A DNA stretch of 64,000 nt from Chrysomallon squamiferum (lineage: Eukaryota; Animalia; Mollusca): contig CM022676.1 in assembly GCA_012295275.1 (NCBI GenBank), forward strand, positions 806,001-870,000, in the 5' to 3' direction. The position numbers were made by a program, and so were the translations under genes. Within the stretch, counting starts at the first letter, position 1. Each line of letters begins with the position of its first letter. The notes beneath the pieces were generated by a model. The model was given only the letters and a program-made list of their open reading frames with translations. It had not been told where the DNA came from and did not search any database. Shown here piece by piece: positions 46,611 through 60,998 of the stretch.

Positions 46611-49600
46611 TTAAGCTGTGATCAGTGGTTCATCGTCAGAGAAGCCTTGAATCATTGGTGAATCTTCATCATCTGAAAAATAAAGTTTTAAAACTAACTC
46701 TCCATCCCTGTACTGGAAAAAGAAATATCAACAGAACATCATAGAAAACAATGACAAACACCTCTGTATTTATTTTTATTCTCATTTTAGTTTAATTAAA
46801 ATAATTTTTACAGTTAAATTAAAAAAGTGAAAATTATTTTTAAAAATTACATTGGCATTTATCAGTAAATGAAAATAGCAACATGAATGTGTTTTCTTAC
46901 CCAGACCATCTCCAGACCCAAATGTAGTCATGCCAGATCTAGTGTCGTAGTGACTGTTGGCAAATGCTAAGAAACTGCGCTGAAGTCTACGATGTCGTAT
47001 GACAAGGATTCCAAGGACAACAGCCAGTATGAGGACAATGACACAGATAGGAACAATGATAGCAACAAGTTTAGTGCTGCCCAGAACATGCATACTTGGT
47101 TCTGGCCTTGGAGCCCCATAGTCTGAAAACATACTCATTACATCAACACAGAGATAAAACTTGTATACACAATATGTGGATGTGAATTTTATTTCACAGG
47201 AAACAGATGATTTAATTCTAGTGATAAAAATTTCATTTACATGATTAATAAAAAATAAATTTGTAAACATCTAATCTGAAAAAAAGTCATTAATACTAGC
47301 AAAAATAATGCTAGGTCAGAAACAATTTTGTTTTCATTTACTTACATGGTACTTTTAGAGTTGTGTTTTCTCCATAGTAACCATTAATAGAATCATAGCA
47401 CACAGAGAAAGTGTAATCATGACCTTCTGTGATGTTCAGTCTGAGTTCAGGAATCGGTGTTTTCTTCACATAGCTGCCAGCATTACTCATCACATACACC
47501 AGATAGCCCTAAATATACACATTACTCATCACATACACCAGATAGCCCTAAATATACACATTACTCATCACATACACCAGATAACAATAAATATACACAT
47601 TACTCATCACATACACCAGATAGCCCTAAATATACACATTACTCATCACATAAACCAGATAACACTAAATATACACATTACTCATCACATACACCAGATA
47701 GCCCTAAATATACACACCATTACTCATCACATAAACCAGATAGCCCTAAATATACACAACATTACCCATCACATACACCAGATAACACTAAATATACAAA
47801 ACATTACTCATCACATACACCAGATAGCCCTAAATATACACACATTACTCATCACATACACCAGATAACACTAAATATACACATTACTCATCACATACAC
47901 CAGATAACACTAAATATACACAACATTACTCATCACATACACCAGATAACACTAAATATACACATTACTCATCACATACACCAGATAGCCCTAAATATAC
48001 ACATTACTCATCACATACACCAGATAGCCCTAAATATACACATTACTCATCACATACACCAGATAGCCCTAAATATACACATTACTCATCACATACACCA
48101 GATAGCCCTAAATATACACAACATTACTCATCACATACACTAGATAACAATAAATATACACATTACTCATCACATACACCAGATAGCCCTAAATATACAC
48201 AACATTACTCATCACATACACCAGATAACACTAAATATACACAACATTACTCATCACATACACCAGATAGCCCTAAATATACACAACATTACTCATCACA
48301 TACACTAGATAACACTAAATATACACAACATTACTCATCACATACACTAGATAACACTAAATATACAAAACATTACTCATCACATACACCAGATAACACT
48401 AAATATACAAAACATTACTCATCACATACACTAGATAACACTAAATATACACATTACTCATCACATACACTAGATAACACTAAATATACAAAACATTACT
48501 CATCACATACACCAGATAACACTAAATATACACAACATTACACATCACATACACTAGATAACACTAAATATACAAAACATTACTCATCACATACACCAGA
48601 TAACACTAAATATACAAAACATTACTCATCACATACACCAGATAACACTAAATATACACAACATTACTCATCACATACACCAGATAACACTAAATATACC
48701 CATTACTCATCACATACACCAGATAACACTAAATATACACATTACTCATCACATACACTAGATAACCCTAAATATACACAACATTACTCATCACATACAC
48801 CAGATAACACTAAATATACACAACATTACTCATCACATACACCAGATAACACTAAATATACACAACATTACTCATCACATACACCAGATAACACTAAATA
48901 TACAAAACATTACTCATCACATACACCAGATAACACTAAATATACACATTACTCATCACATACACCAGATAGCCCTAAATATACACATTACTCATCACAT
49001 ACACTAGATAACACTAAATATACACATTACTCATCACATACACCAGATAGCCCTAAATATACACATTACTCATCACATACACCAGATAACACTAAATATA
49101 CACATTACTCATCACATACACCAGATAACACTAAATATACACATTACTCATCACATACACCAGATAACACTAAATATACACATTACTCATCACATACACC
49201 AGATAACAATAAATATACACAACATTACTCATCACATACACCAGATAGCCCTAAATATACACATTACTCATCACATACACCAGATAGCCCTAAATATACA
49301 CAACATTACTCATCACATACACCAGATAGCCCTAAATATACACATTACTCATCACATACACCAGATAGCACTAAATATACACATTACTCATCACATACAC
49401 CAGATAGCCCTAAATATACACATTACTCATCACATTAAAACCAGATAGCCCTAAAAATATACACATTGTTTTCATCACATACACCAGATATACTAAATAT
49501 GAACAAAAATATAACAACATTACTCATCACATACACTACATAACAATAAATATACACATTACTCATCACATACACCAGATAGCCCTAAATATACACATTA

Positions 49601-52600
49601 CTCATCACATACACCAGATAGCCCTAAATATACACAACATTACTCATCACATATACCAGATAACACTAAATATACACATTACTCATCACATACACCAGAT
49701 AACACTAAATATACACAACATTACTCATCACATACACCAGATAGCCCTAAATATACACAACATTACTCATCACATACACCAGATAACACTAAATATACAA
49801 AACATTACTCATCACATACACCAGATAACACTAAATATACACATTACTCATCACATACACCAGATAAACCCTAAATATACACAACATTACTAGTAAATCA
49901 CATACACCAGATAACACTAAATATACACAACATTACTCATCACATACACCAGATAACACTAAATATACACATTACTCATCACATACACCAGATAACACTA
50001 AAAATATACACACATTACTCATCACATACACCAGATAGCCCTAAATATACACATTACTCATCACATACACTAGATAGCCCTAAATATACACATTACTCAT
50101 CACATAAACCAGATAACACTAAATATACACATTACTCATCACATACACCAGATAACACTAAATACACACATTACTCATCACATACACTACTGTTAACAAT
50201 AAATATACACAACATTACTCATCACATACACTACACTGTTATAGTGTAAACTGTCAATAAATATACACATTAACTCATCACATACACCAGATAGCCCTAA
50301 ATATAGTGAACATTACTCATCACATACACCAGATAGCCCTAAATATACACATTAGTAATCACATACACCAGATAACACTGTAAATATACAAAACATTGTA
50401 ACACTCATCACATAGTGTAACCAGATAACACTAAATATAGTGTAACAACATTAAACACATCACATACACCAGATAACACTAAATATACAAAACATTACTC
50501 ATCACATACACTACATAACAATAAATATACAAAACATTTTCCGTATAACAACCTATAAATAAACACTACAAATTAATGAAGAAACAAATAATATTTTCAG
50601 AATAATTATTACTTATAAAGCTGTGCGTTTTTAAAACTTAGAATTATTTTGAATTAAAATCTACTATCATTAGCTGTTTTTGTGTAAAACATTAGAGAAA
50701 ACAAACACTAAAAGTTATCTACTTTGAACAAATGTACAGGTGGTCTGTCTAAAGGGTTTTCCTGCCACTTCAACAAAAGTTCCTGTTTGTTCTCACTATC
50801 ATGTTCTGTAATCAGATTGAGAGGGCCAGGGTAGCGATCTGCAAGAAAGAAAAAGTTAACTGAACACAGTGAAGTAATTTTAGGTTAAACAGCAAAACAA
50901 AATCTTTTTAAAGTCATAAGTAGAGGACATTGTTATTTAGGTTAAGATAAGAAGAAAACATTGTTATAGTGTAACGTTGTCTAGTAAACACACAGTTATA
51001 GTGTAACACTGTCTAGTGAACCCACTGTTATAGTGTAACACTGTCTAGTAAACACAGTTATAGTGTAACACTGTCTAGTAAACACTGTTATAGTGTAACA
51101 CTGTCCAGTGAACCCACTGTTATAGTGTAACACTGTCTAGTGAACCCACTGTTATAGTGTAACACTGTCTAGTAAACACACAGTTATAGTGTAACACTGT
51201 CTAGTGAACCCACTGTTATAGTGTAAAACTGTCTAGTAAACACAGCTATAGTGTAACACTGTCTAGTAAAACACAGCTATAGTGTAACACTGTCTAGTGA
51301 ACCCACTGTTATAGTGTAACACTGTCTAGTGAACCCACTGTTATAGTGTAACACTGTCTAGTAAACACACAGTTATAGTGTAACACTGTCTAGTGAACCC
51401 ACTGTTATAGTGTAACACCGTCTAGTAAACACTGTTATAGTGTAACACTGTCTAGTAAACACAGCTATAGTGTAACACTGTCTAGTAAACACTGTTATAG
51501 TGTAACACTGTCTAGTGAACCCTCTGTTATGTTAAATGTTGGCTAGTGAACCCACTGTTATGTTAAATGTGACTAGTGAACACTGTTATGTTAAATGTGA
51601 CTAGTGAACAGTTATGTTAAATGTGACTAGTGAACCCACTGTTATGTTAAATGTGACTAGTGAACACTTATGTTAAATGGTGACTAGTGAACGCTGTTAT
51701 GTTAAATGGTGACTAGTGAACGCTGTTATGTTAAATGTGACTAGTGAACACTGTTATGTTAAATGTGACTAGTGAACACACTGTTAAGTGGTGACTCACC
51801 TATGTGCACAGTGGAAGCTCTAGAATACAGGGCATAAGACACTTTGGTTTTCACAGACAGCTGGTACGTGGCTCCACGAAACAGATTTGTCAAGTTGTAG
51901 CTCTCCCTGCCACCCGCACCCTCAACCTCAAGTAACTCCACTGACTTCGATCTCATCTCAACCTTTCTGATTACGTATTTCTAAAATATTCATTAAAATA
52001 TTTATTCATTAGAAATATTAATTATGTTTTAAAGAAGACATGTCAATGATAAATTTATTTAAATATAATTGCTAAGGGTGACATACCAATTTAATGACCT
52101 CTACATCACATGGCGGGTCCCAAGAAAGAGTCACAGTAGTTTTAGTTACTTCAGTGTAATTCAAGTGTTTGGGTGCAGCTCTGTCATCTGAAACACAAAC
52201 ATGGTCTCAGTACGTTACACTTTAATACACTGAGCTGTGAGATTAATGTTGTTATGTCTAATCTCTTAGTTTTGCTAGTCTCTGTATTAGCTGTTATAGC
52301 TTTAGGCAATAAATAAGTGTTTTCTTACTTTCACTAGTCTCAATGCTGGCTGTATGTGACAGAGTGCAGTATTTAGATACAGGTGCTACTCTGAAGAAAT
52401 ATCTCTCACAGGACAGAAGAAAATGTATTATTACAAATGTTTTGTTTGTTTTCACATATGTTGCTTCTCGGACAAAATCTTCTTCAGGCTTTTCTTCATG
52501 TTCCAAATAAAAAACAATATACTCCTGAAGAAAAAACAAAAACAATACAATATCATCTCTTAAACACAGTATAAAATATCATCTCTCTTTGTTTCTGGTG

Positions 52601-52741
52601 TTTATTTGTTTTTATTGTGTGTTCATGTACACACTAACACTGATACATATACATCTATATGTTTTTGTGTGTGTTCTTGTGTGTGTGTGCATATACATAT
52701 GGAAATATAGGTCTATCTGAGCATGTATGGATACATTTTTG

Positions 52742-52778
<37 letters not shown>

Positions 52779-52973
52779 AATTTAGAACTTTGCTACAAAC
52801 AATCAGCTTCAGATTTTGTAAACATAAGAACATGTTTACTCACTGTCTGAGTTTTCACTTGTGAGATGAAGGAAACGTTGACCACGGTGTTGTCAATCTC
52901 AGTTACAGAGATGTCAGTCACAGCAGCCACTGTCTGCCCTGAAAACAACAGAGTTCTCTTGATACATGACTAA

Positions 52974-53007
<34 letters not shown>

Positions 53008-54659
53008 GTTCTTAATGTAACAATTAAAAACAAAGATTCTTATGGTAACAATTAAAAACATAGCTTCTTAAAATAACACAATTATGCACATATCCAAAAT
53101 GTACCATAATTATACAAATATCCTTAATGTAAAACAGTTGTAAACAAACCTTCAATATAACATACTACAGATCTGCAGATACATCTAACGTATCACATAA
53201 AACAAACATATTTTCCCTGATTGTACTTTTAAAAAAAAAAAAAAGACTTTAATTAACCAGACAGTGAATTAGAAATATGAGACATAATGAGTAAGAAACA
53301 TGTTAAATGAATAAAAAAGATCAGACTTTAATTAATATACACAATGAGTGGATGAAAAACACCAGACCCTGGCCTACTTTTGTATTACCATTCCAAATAA
53401 GGGATGTTCCAGTTTTACGTGTGCTATGTGAGTCAGTAAAAATAACTTATGAGGATGAGAAATGAAATCAGTGACTGAAGCAGATATAACCTGCTTGATA
53501 CAAAGACTGTAAGTGAGTTACATCTCACCTTCGGTTTTTGCCAGCAACTCTTTTGATGGTTTGCCAAGCCCAGATTTGAAAGTTGGTATCACCTGAAAAA
53601 CATAATTACTTCCAGGACACAGACCAGTAACTGAAAGAAAAATAAACAGTTTATTTTATAATTTTTTATCTTTTTTTATTTTATTTATTTATTTATTTTT
53701 GACACTAAAATACCAGTTATAAAAAGTATTAAACAAATCTTTTAAAAATGTGTTAAGGTCCACAGGAAGCCCAGTGTACAAATATTTCTTCCATTACTGT
53801 TAATGCAGATTACCTGCTTACAAAATAAAATCATGTAAGAAAAGAATCATATACAATACAGTCCTGTGGTTAAAAGTACAAATTTGTTATAATCTATTAG
53901 TTGTATCTTTGGTGAAATAAAAAAAATGATAATGGAATTTAATGTATTTTAAGCTGACGCTGAAATCTCTCCTCATTTTACACACTGGGAAATATTAAAA
54001 TCTGTAATCAAATCATGAAAGATTTGCTAGTAATGATATTGATAAATTTAAATGAAAAAGCAGCATTATATCCCCAACCTGTATCAGTGAATCTTTTTGT
54101 GATTAAAATCATGTTTCAGTGGTGTAATTGTGTCATTGTGCAAGCTTTGCCTATTATAGGAACTCTGAGTACAGATTATTTCATGCTGAAGTTACAACAA
54201 CCTTTTGATTTATAGAGATTATTATGTACTGAAGTTTCAGTATTTTATCTAACTAAAATTCAGTGGACTAGGATTGAATTGGCATCTGATAAAGCAGTCA
54301 TTAGCCAGACTGAGAATCTAGCACATTAATTAAGCTAATTCTTTACCACTAATGTGTGGCATGGTCGTGCTGAACAGTTCTTGCTTGATGAACTGGTACT
54401 GCATTCTCACTGTGTAACTGACAACACCCGGCACTGCTTTCCATGTGAGCTGTATGTCAGATCTGTCTCTCCTAGTCACTTTCAGATCTGTCACTGTCTC
54501 CTCAGAGGTTGATGTTGACAATGTGCAGTGTTCTGATCCAGGACCCTCACCTGCATCGTTGACAGCTGACACCTGAAACAATGTAACCTAGGTACAGTGT
54601 ATCCTAGACACAGGTAGCATATGTATATGTAAGTGTGTGTGTGTGTGTGTGTGTGTGCA

Positions 54660-54715
<56 letters not shown>

Positions 54716-57700
54716 CATTTCTGGGTGTGTTTTAACTGACCCATATGTCATATTTGATGCCATTCTTTAAGGTGTCTAGAGGCAGATCAAAGCAGATCAA
54801 AGCTCCACATGGCCTGAACTGAGAAGTGTCACATTTTACTTCTGTCACAGCTGCCGTCTCGGTGTTCTTCAAGTGAAGCTGAAAACAGAGACACTGATTA
54901 GCAACACACAAAACAGACTATAAGTAACAAACATATTACACGTTTTGATCATACAGACAAAATACTCAGACCACTATGTGTATATATATATATATATATA
55001 GCCAGTACATTTCAACTATGTTGTTTGTACACATATAATCAAACATGATTTTACACACACCCACTCAAACACTGAAGTGTCAGTTATTATACAAATAATT
55101 ACTATTTTCAAACACAGAGTTCCTATATGAAATTTCTAGATTAAAGCCAATTTAAAAGAAACCAGAGACAGACATTCAGTTTCTTTTTTCACATTCAAAG
55201 AAATTCTTGGAGATATACATTATTCAAACATGGCCAGAGAGATGTCATGTATACATGATAGTTAAAATTTACCACATAATAATTAATCTGTCCATAGGTT
55301 TTCTCTGGTTTGTTCCATTTTAGAGATATTCTAGGATTTGCACTTTTTATCATCTGAGCTTGAAAAATACGTGGCTTTGATGGTACTGTAACATAAAGAG
55401 AAATCATTGAAAAATAGTCTCTAAAACTTTTCTGTATTCTTAATTTGCAGAATAAAATTCACAGTTTGACAGATTACATAAAAATATAAACAGACATGAA
55501 CAGACCCATAAATATATGCAGACAGTCATTGTCAGATAAACTTTAATATCAAAAGCAAATATTTATTTACTAAAATTCTTCAGTCTTCAATTATTAATAT
55601 TTCAAAATGTGCATAATATAAAACTAAATTTATATTACTGACTGCAGTAAAACAGCATTTATTCTAAATATTAAGTCTATTTAATAATGCTTTTTAAAAT
55701 GTCATCTCTGCAAAGTGAAATGTGTTGTGTTGATACAACACTTTTCAAGTGTTTTCATTATGACTGATATCCTAAACAGAGTGAGTGTTCAGCTGATTTT
55801 CTAGTCACAAATTCAGCTGTTTGTGTTGACACTATATTTATGAGATTTCACTGTGTCCTACTATAGTCAAGAATGGATCTGAACAGTAGCATTATGAGTG
55901 GAAAGGAGTTCATTAATATATAACATTAATAATATTAAACATAAGTATTAAAACTAGTAAATAAGAAAGAGTAAATATTAATTAATATAAATAAATAAAT
56001 TATACCTCCTTGCAGAGTTTTGACTTTTATCAGATGACTTCCACTGTATTTATCTCCCCTGACTATGTAGACTCTGATAATGTAGTCAGTGAGAGGGTGC
56101 AGTGATCGCAGTTGGTAACTTGTCATTGACGTTGTGGCATTGGTGTAAAATTCTTTATTATTTGTTTCTCTGTAAAAAAAGTAATGAAATAATGAATTTA
56201 CATATTCTTTATGACAATTCAGTAATATCCCATAATATTATAATTTTTATATGTTTGGTCAGTTTAACCCATTATTTCCATGAGAAAAAAAAGGACAGTT
56301 TACACAATGTACTTTGGAAAGTGAATTAATTTATGGAAGGATGATTAGAGAATCTTAAAAAAGTAATTACTCACAGGTATGAAATTAAGTATTTGATGTT
56401 ATTTCCTGCAACACCTTTCCAATTTAAATCTATGGTCGTAGCAGTAACACCTAATACTGCAACATTAACCTGCACACCCTCTGAAAAATACAAAAATATT
56501 CAAACTGTATCTGTTAGTCTAACCACTGTTGCATACATTAACAAGCTCTTGTCTCACACAAATAATAACACTGTTTCCAGTCTGTGATAAAAAGTCATAT
56601 TGTGATCAGCAAAACAGAAAAAAAAAAAAAAAAGCTTTCATTTAAAGATGTGGCAATCTACATCCTAAAGAATCTTCACGCTAATCAAGAACTAGTTTGA
56701 GGACAGATGGTGACTGCCATCTCATATCTCACCAAACAGTCACTTATTTGTTTCCCAGTCCTGGTGATAACAAGCAATCCATGTATGTTCCTGAGACGTC
56801 ACAGCTTTCAGAGAATATTAAGTGATTTTAAAAAGATAACAACTGAATCATTTCCAATTTATTATAACTAGATGTTAGTGAAGAGAAAGTCTAGTACACT
56901 GAGTAACACTGTAATAGAGAAGAATGAGCTACTCACTGTCATTACACCAGCTCAGAGTTTCATCAGTGTCATCAGAGCAGTCCTCTAAGCCATCACACAC
57001 AAAGAGCCATGGAACACACTGGTCAGACGACAAACAGTGGAAACTGTGTGGAGACTTCCTACAGTCTGACAGAGTTGGAGACACTGAAATTAAACACAAC
57101 GTTACATAACACAACACCAAGCATTATCATGCTGTTCCTAAATCTTCTCCAATTACGATAATTAAATCCTGTTATTTTAAAGCAAGTGTTCAACCAACAA
57201 AATAAACAAATATGAACACACACACACAAATACAAGTAGCCTCTCTGTGTGTATGTGTATTACATATAATTATATAATTTCTAATCTAAATGAATAAAAA
57301 GATTTATTTCATCACTAACAAGACAGTCACATACTTGTAGTAGATGACTGTTCAGGACAGTTCCATTCATCAGAGCCATCATCACAGTCTTTGTAACCAT
57401 TGCAGCGACGTTCACGTGGAACACATCCAAGACTGTGCACACACTTGAACCCTGTTGAGTTACATGGCAGAGAGCCTGTAAAATAATATCAGAGACTGAA
57501 TGTAGAGACCAAAGTGTCTAGTTTATTGATTGTTCACTGTGGAACTGAGGTTTAATGCAAATTTACAAAATAAATGACAATTTCAGGCAAAATTACATAA
57601 TGTCGACCATGGTTGTCAGGATCAAGGATCACAAGATATCTGGTTAACTAGCTTGTCTGTACTGATACTACCATTCCCAAATCAGATGTTTCTCTAAAGT

Positions 57701-60700
57701 GAAATAGCACATGTTTACATCACATACTGTTCCTTTATCTAAAAGAAGTCCTGTGTAAAATGAGATGTTTTAATGTGTAGATTGACATTGTAATGTAAAG
57801 TGAGACACTGTAATGTAAAGTGAGACATTTTAATGTGTAAAGTGAAATATTTCAAAAGTGTAAAGTGAGATGTTTTATTGTCTAAAGTGAGATGTTTTAT
57901 TGTCTAAAGTGAGATGTTTTAATGTGTAGTGAGTTATTTTAATGTGTAAAGTGAGATGTTTTAATGTGTAGAGTGAGATATTTTAATGTGTAGAGTGAGA
58001 TGTTTTAATGTGCAGAGTTAGATGTTTTAATGTGTAGAGTTAGATGTTTTAATGTGCAGAGTTAGATGTTTTAATGTGTAGAGTGAGATGTTTTAATGTG
58101 CAGTTAGATGTTTTAATGTGTAAAGTGAGATGTTTTAATGTGCAGTGAGATGTTTTAATGTGTAGAGTGAGATGTTTTTTAACGTGCAGAGAGAGGTGTT
58201 TAATGTGTAGAGTTAGATGTTTTAAAGTGCAGAGTGAGATGTTTTATTGTCTAAAGTTAGATGTTTTAATGTGCAGAGTGAGATGTTTTAATGTGTAAAG
58301 TGAGATGTTTTAATGTGTAGAGTGAGATATTTTAATGTGTAAAGTGAGATGTTTTAATGTGTAGAGTTAGATGTTTTAAAGTGTAGAGTTAGATGTTTTA
58401 ATGTGTAAAGAGTGAGATTTGTGTTTAAAATAAAGAAAAACACTTCACTGCTGCAGTTTCGTTCATCTTCCCCAAGGGAGCAGTCTCTGTCCCCATCACA
58501 GAGGAAGGTCAACCAGATACACTGCCCATCACTGCACTCAAACTGGTCCTCTGTACACTTCCTACCTGCAATCAGTTTTATACCAAACCAAAGGCAAATA
58601 CATTAAAAATATGAGTACTGTCCATATATAACTGAAAGATCTAATATTTTCCACATTTCCATACAGGTTCATAATAATTTTTGAAATTTTTGCTACTTTA
58701 AACAATGAATTTATAAAAAAATTTATAATTAACATATTCCAAACAAGAACTTGTAGCACAATTTCATTTACAGTTTGTTTTACTATTTTCATAATTAACA
58801 ATAATAATTTTATTTACAATCATTTTCATCTGATTTGTCCCAACAATCAATTCTTCCATCACAACGTCGATCTTTTGGAATACATCGGCTGTCATGACAC
58901 TGAAAAAACTGTGGGCCACATGAACCTGGGGTCGAAGGCTTTGTAGTGTTTTCATAACCTGCATAAGCAAACATTTATTTAAATAACATAAACATATTTC
59001 CAGCATCAGAGATTATATAAAAGGTTCCCCTCAACAGTAAAACTGTTTTCTGCTGAACAATATGAAAAACTGTTTATAACTTACCACAATGTTGTTCATC
59101 TGAGTTGTCACCACAGTCGTTGACCCCATCACAGCGAGAACTCCACCACACACAAAAACCATTCCCACACTGGAACTGCCAGCTCCTGCATGAGTGAGAC
59201 GTGGCCGGTGTTGTCGTCATGTAGGAGGTAGTTGCTAACAAATCATATAAACATGTCAGAGAATGATACTTTAACAACCACCTTCCAAAATTCAACTGTA
59301 GCTTCGGTTACACAAACAGTTTAAAACATTCATGATTCACCCTTTTTCTTTTTCTACACACAAACACACAGTGGACTCTGCCAAAACCAGGTTTCACTTG
59401 GGGCCAACAAGATATACCATTATATATTAAGATCAAAATTGGAATATGGTTTTTTTCACACATGTTAAAATTAAATGTCACCTGAAAAACAGTCTGTCAC
59501 ATGTGGCTGCATTTCTTTTTTCTTTTTTTTTATATTTCTCTCCAAAGCAATCTCCTGTCCATGGCCTCCATGTTTAATATCAGCTGCAAAAGTCTGTTAT
59601 CAGTAGTGCCAGCAACAGATTTAATTTCTTATATCATTTTAAGAACATCAGTATATGAAGGCTTTTGTCCTTTAGTCGATGTGTCAATCCATTTAGATTT
59701 CTGAATTTGCCAAAATGTTGGTTTTCTACATATGCCAGTAATGATCACTAAGTTTTAAAATGTCAAACACTGTCCGTCTCCATATTTTAAGTTGCACTGC
59801 CAGGTTTTATGGGAGGAGAAACATGGGTGAAATCATCACCCTTGTGTACTAAACTCTGACTTACTTTTAACACTGATCAAGTCTCCTTTTTAAATATATA
59901 TATATTTTTTGTTTTAAATGTATCACTTGGATGTTGTGCAATGATGTTGTGAACAAATTTTGCAGTCTGCCAGCATTATTTCCATCAAATTATATTTATA
60001 AATGTGACTAACTGTATGAATAACTGCAAAAATGTTTAGCTGCAAAAATCTAAGAATAAAACTTTTGTTAAATAATTTTATCACTTGTTGTATGAGACTG
60101 AATGGAATATTTTATTAAAGGCCCATATATATTTATATATATGTAGATGTTTAATTTTATGTTTGTGACAATGGTTTAGCTATGTCATATTGTCTCATGT
60201 CACCTTTACCAAACCTCACTTTGCTCTAATGTTCTTGAGGGAAAAGCAACTTCCCTCTATTTTTCTAGCATAGCATGAACACAGCATGACTAAATACTGC
60301 CAGGTTTACATAGTTGAAATTGATTAAAACTTTTCTCTTAACTCTTAGTTTAGAAAGTGATTAAGCTGCTATTTTTTGGTCCACTCTGCCATTATGACTA
60401 ATTCATTAAGACAATGCAAAATATGTGCTATTTATGCAAATGTGTGATTTTGACAGTAAACCTAAATGAGTTAATTCATTTGGGTATCAAACACTAATAA
60501 TAACCTTATTTATTTAGCTGCATACACTAATCACAAGAAGAATGACATTATTTTTTATTAAGCTTCCAAAGAAGTGCAATCATTTCATCTTGCGCAGCAG
60601 CCTAATTACATACAAACTGCTGCTATTGTTTAAGAATTAATCACACTTGCAAAATTGTGTACCAGTGCTGACAAAACTTATTGCTATTGAACTTGTTTTC

Positions 60701-60954
60701 GTGTTCTGGAATGTACACCTGAAATCTGAAGTACATGATGACAATGACGTTATTCTCATAAACATCAGGATTACATAACAAAGAAGAAGCCATTACAGGT
60801 ACATAACAACAAAATGAAAGTAACAAAATGAAAGTGCATATCTGGATTAGACAGGTTTTGTTCATAACAGATAAACGATATCTGGACTGAACTTTGAAAT
60901 GTTGCCAGTTTAGACAGAAATCCAGATTAGTCAAAGGCATGTTTTCACAGAGTA

Positions 60955-60998
<44 letters not shown>

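Noticed and set aside
47419-48143. His-rich repetitive ORFs of 149 and 228 aa on +
   Set aside because: Antisense read-through of the 39/42-bp intronic array of SORL1; no independent gene structure.
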